Assembly (NCBI RefSeq): GCF_018350175.1
Contig: NC_058371.1
Span: 161,758,001-161,822,000, forward strand
Direction: 5' to 3'
DNA: 64,000 bases
Source: Felis catus
Lineage: Eukaryota
Positions 61,202-64,000 of this stretch are shown here, piece by piece. Within the stretch, counting starts at the first letter, position 1, and each line of letters opens with the position of its first letter. Under the pieces are notes generated by a model, which was not told the DNA's origin, did not search any database, and worked only from the letters and a program-made list of their open reading frames with translations. Made by a program: the position numbers and the translations under genes.

Positions 61202-61925
61202 TAATCTTATTATTATTATTATTTTATGTCATGTGAAGCATGACAGGGCAACTAAAGGGACGCCATGAAAAACTACTTTTTTCACTCCTTTTCCTGCTTC
61301 TATTCTTACTGGGACCTACACCCCCACCTGACACATGCCTTATAGAACAGACCACGTGTGTCCTCGTAAAGGTCAAGGATTTAATGGTTTCTTTGGAGTG
61401 TTCCAGCCCAATAGATAACATCTCAGGAGGGACTGGTCATCACAAATGTTTTCCAAGACCGCTGACTCATCGAGTCCCCAGGTTCTGGAGTATAGGTGAC
61501 TTATGGAGGACAGCTGAACACTCGTCTTTGCTCCTGGATACCTGAGAAGACACCTGCACCGGACCACTGTCCCCAGCGAAAACCACGGGCCCCAAGCAAA
61601 GGCAGCACTCACGCTGCTTTCCTTTCTGAGTCTCCCGGACACTCTGTCCATGTCTACACTCTTCTATATCTTTAAGAAACTCTGTTCTCACTTCCTGTTG
61701 GCTCATGTTCGATTTCTTTCCTGCGTGAAGTCAAGGACCCTCTTGGCTGGGTGCTGCGAGCCCCCCTCTCTGGGTCCTTTGACCCCACCAGCCTGCATCA
61801 AAAGCGTGGGCTGCAGTGCCACTCACATGGCGGGCCAGGACTGGCTGCTGCCTCCCACAACCACTCTGGTCAGTAGAGGGTAGATTGCAGGCGTGGAGAG
61901 AGTGTGTTTAGAAACTTTCATAGCG

Positions 61926-62151
61926 GGGGCACCTGGGTGGCTCAGTTGGTTAAGCGACCAATTTCGGCTCGGGTCATGATCTCTCAGCTCGTGGGTTCGA
62001 GCCCCGCGTCGGGCTCTGTGCTGACAGCTCAGAGCCTGGAGCCTATTTCAGATTCTGTTCTCCCCTTCTCTCTACCCCTCCCCTGCTCATGCTCTGTGTC
62101 TCTCTGTCTCTCAATAATAATAAATAAGTGTTAAAAATTTATTAAAAAAAA
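61926..62151 (+). mobile_element. Can-SINE
   Basis: Perfect TSD agaaactttcatagcg. Confidence 0.95.
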
Positions 62152-62446
62152 AGAAACTTTCATAGCGATTTCATGGAGTCAACTATGTTGCATCTAATAA
62201 TAAAAAAATTCAGGGTCTTGTATCTTATGTGTTTGGTTTTTTAATTTCTCTTTTCTAGATGTTCATTTTTATTGTAGTTACAAAGATGTTAGCCTGTGAT
62301 GGGCTGGAAATTTAAAAAGAAAAACACTTCACCACATATGGTTTGTAAAGCAAACCAATCACAGAGGATACTTTAGAAAACATTCATATACCCATTAATT
62401 ACCCAAGCTTTGTCAAATCTCAGCATTTCGCCATATTTGTCTTCAC

Positions 62447-62941
62447 CTTTCTCTTTAATGTGTATTTATTTCTGACAGAGAGAGATAGAGACAGAGTGCG
62501 ATTGGGGGAGGTGGAGGGGAAGAGAGAGAGGGAGACACAGAATCCGAAGCAGGCTCCAGGCTCTGAGCTGACAGCACAGAGGCTGACGTGGGGCTCGAAC
62601 CCACAAACCATGAGATCACTACCTAAGCTGAAGTTGGATGCTCAAACGACTGATGACCTGAGCTGAAGTTGGATGCTCAACTGACTGATCCACCCAGGCA
62701 CCCCTGTCTTTACTTTTTTTTTTTTTTAATTTTTTTTTCAACGTTTATTTATTTTTGGGACAGAGAGAGACAGAGCATGAACGGGGAAGGGGCAGAGAGA
62801 GAGGGAGACACAGAATCGGAAACAGGCTCCAGGCTCCGAGCCATCAGCCCAGAGCCCGACGTGGGGCTCGAACTCCCGGACCCCGAGATCGTGACCTGGC
62901 TGAAGTCGGAGGCTTAGCCGACTGCGCCACCCAGGCGCCCC
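62447..62941 (-). mobile_element. Older (62447-62704) plus young (62714-62941) Can-SINEs
   Basis: Target tgtctt(c/t)ac occurs three times. Confidence 0.94.
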
Positions 62942-62989
62942 TGTCTTTACATTTTTTTAAGAGATAAAACACTACACGTTGCTTTTGTG

Positions 62990-63140
62990 GTTTCCTTTCC
63001 TTTTCTTCCCTTCCTGTCTCTCCCCCGCTTCTTCTTCCCTTGCTTGCCCTTCCCCTTCTCTCTCTGTTCTTCATTCTTCCCTTCCTTTCCCCTTCCTTTC
63101 CTTCCTCTTCCTATCCCTTCTCCCTTCTTCTTTCCTTTTA
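62990..63140. repeat. Polypyrimidine (CT-rich) low-complexity tract
   Basis: About 150 bp, almost only C/T. Confidence 0.9.
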
Positions 63141-63374
63141 GGTAGATAGAGCATGGTAGGCCTCCATGACTGGGGAGAAGGAGCCACAGTGGCCCAGTAT
63201 GGAGAAACAAAGTTTAAGCACAATAGATACAAGAGACCCCCACATGAAAGAAAGGGTGTGGAGAGTCAGAGCCCAGGAGGGGTGAGGAGGATGTCTACAC
63301 GGGGGGAAAGGAAGAAAGCTTTCCCATAGGGAAGAGGGTGCTGGAAGAGATAGGAGATGACCATATTTCAGGCA

Positions 63375-63447
63375 ATATAATATAATATATATATAAAATA
63401 TAATATATAATATATATTATATATATATTATATATATAAATATAATA
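63375..63447. repeat. AT-only (TA)n-like tract
   Basis: Direct. Confidence 0.9.
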
Positions 63448-63470
63448 AGGGTAATAGGAGCCAGGTTTCT

Positions 63471-63657
63471 TTTTTTTTTTTTTTAAGTTTTTTTTTTTTC
63501 AACGTTTATTTATTTTTGGGACAGAGAGACACAGAGCATGAACGGGCGAGGGGCAGAGAGAGAGGGAGACACAGAATCGGAAACAGGCTCCAGGCTCTGA
63601 GCCATCAGCCCAGAGCCCGACGCGGGGCTCGAACTCACGGACCGCAAGATCGTGACC
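63471..63657 (-). mobile_element. Young 5'-truncated Can-SINE inside an old L1MC-like fragment (about 63340-64000)
   Basis: Perfect 14-bp TSD ggagccaggtttct; A-box head missing. Confidence 0.94.
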
Positions 63658-64000
63658 GGAGCCAGGTTTCTATGGCAAGGGAGGAAACTAGAATAAATTC
63701 TGTGATGTTGGACTGGAATTAGATATGTTGGTAAAAACATATGGTGTTCCATATATAGAGATCAACAACAACAAAAACAGTGGATGTAAATGCATATTTA
63801 CACATACCTATACCTATATTTCCTAGCTCTGTCCAGAGGGAGCAGTAACACTCCATTAACAGTGGGCACACCAGTACTCAGAGCTTGACTTCTAAATCCC
63901 ATTCTCCACTAAGCGGAGTGGGGGCTTCTTGAAGGACTGGTTGATTCCAGAGTTAGGACTAAGAAAGTGCAAGCTGAACCTGGAATATACATCTTGTACC

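Noticed and set aside
61240-61545. 101-aa ORF with a hydrophobic, signal-like stretch
   Set aside because: No splice, promoter or homology support; the nearby good-Kozak ATG is in another frame and stops early
62160-62360. Possible hAT/Charlie DNA-transposon end
   Set aside because: Too degenerate to assign without a Dfam search

Overview
Mammalian (felid) genomic DNA, identified by about 43 Felidae-type Can-SINE copies and a cat-type L1 3'UTR; the species cannot be fixed from the sequence alone. The only gene is PDGFRA on the minus strand. The window holds non-coding exon 1 (about 33841-34162) and coding exons 2-15 (ATG at 23825, last exon ending at 724). These give 2156 coding nt (718 codons plus 2 nt): signal peptide, Ig1-5, transmembrane helix, juxtamembrane region and kinase N-lobe. 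All junctions are GT-AG and the frame is intact. Exons 16 onward lie off the left edge. CpG islands flank the TSS on both sides. Positions 38-64 kb are upstream intergenic DNA made mostly of SINE, MIR, L2, L1 and LTR relics, with one 132-N gap. I found no wholly new biological system. The best leads are: (i) in-frame intron read-throughs with downstream poly(A) signals that would give decoy receptors (intron 9 supplies a microsatellite-encoded substitute TM segment; intron 10 gives a soluble full ectodomain); (ii) a SINE dimer separated by a perfect 67-bp flank duplication, plus repeated reuse of the same retrotransposon target sites; (iii) two co-oriented CTCF motifs and two candidate alternative first exons; (iv) uORFs, a cryptic exon-7 donor and a degenerate intron-12 octamer. 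All comparisons with human PDGFRA are from memory and need alignment.
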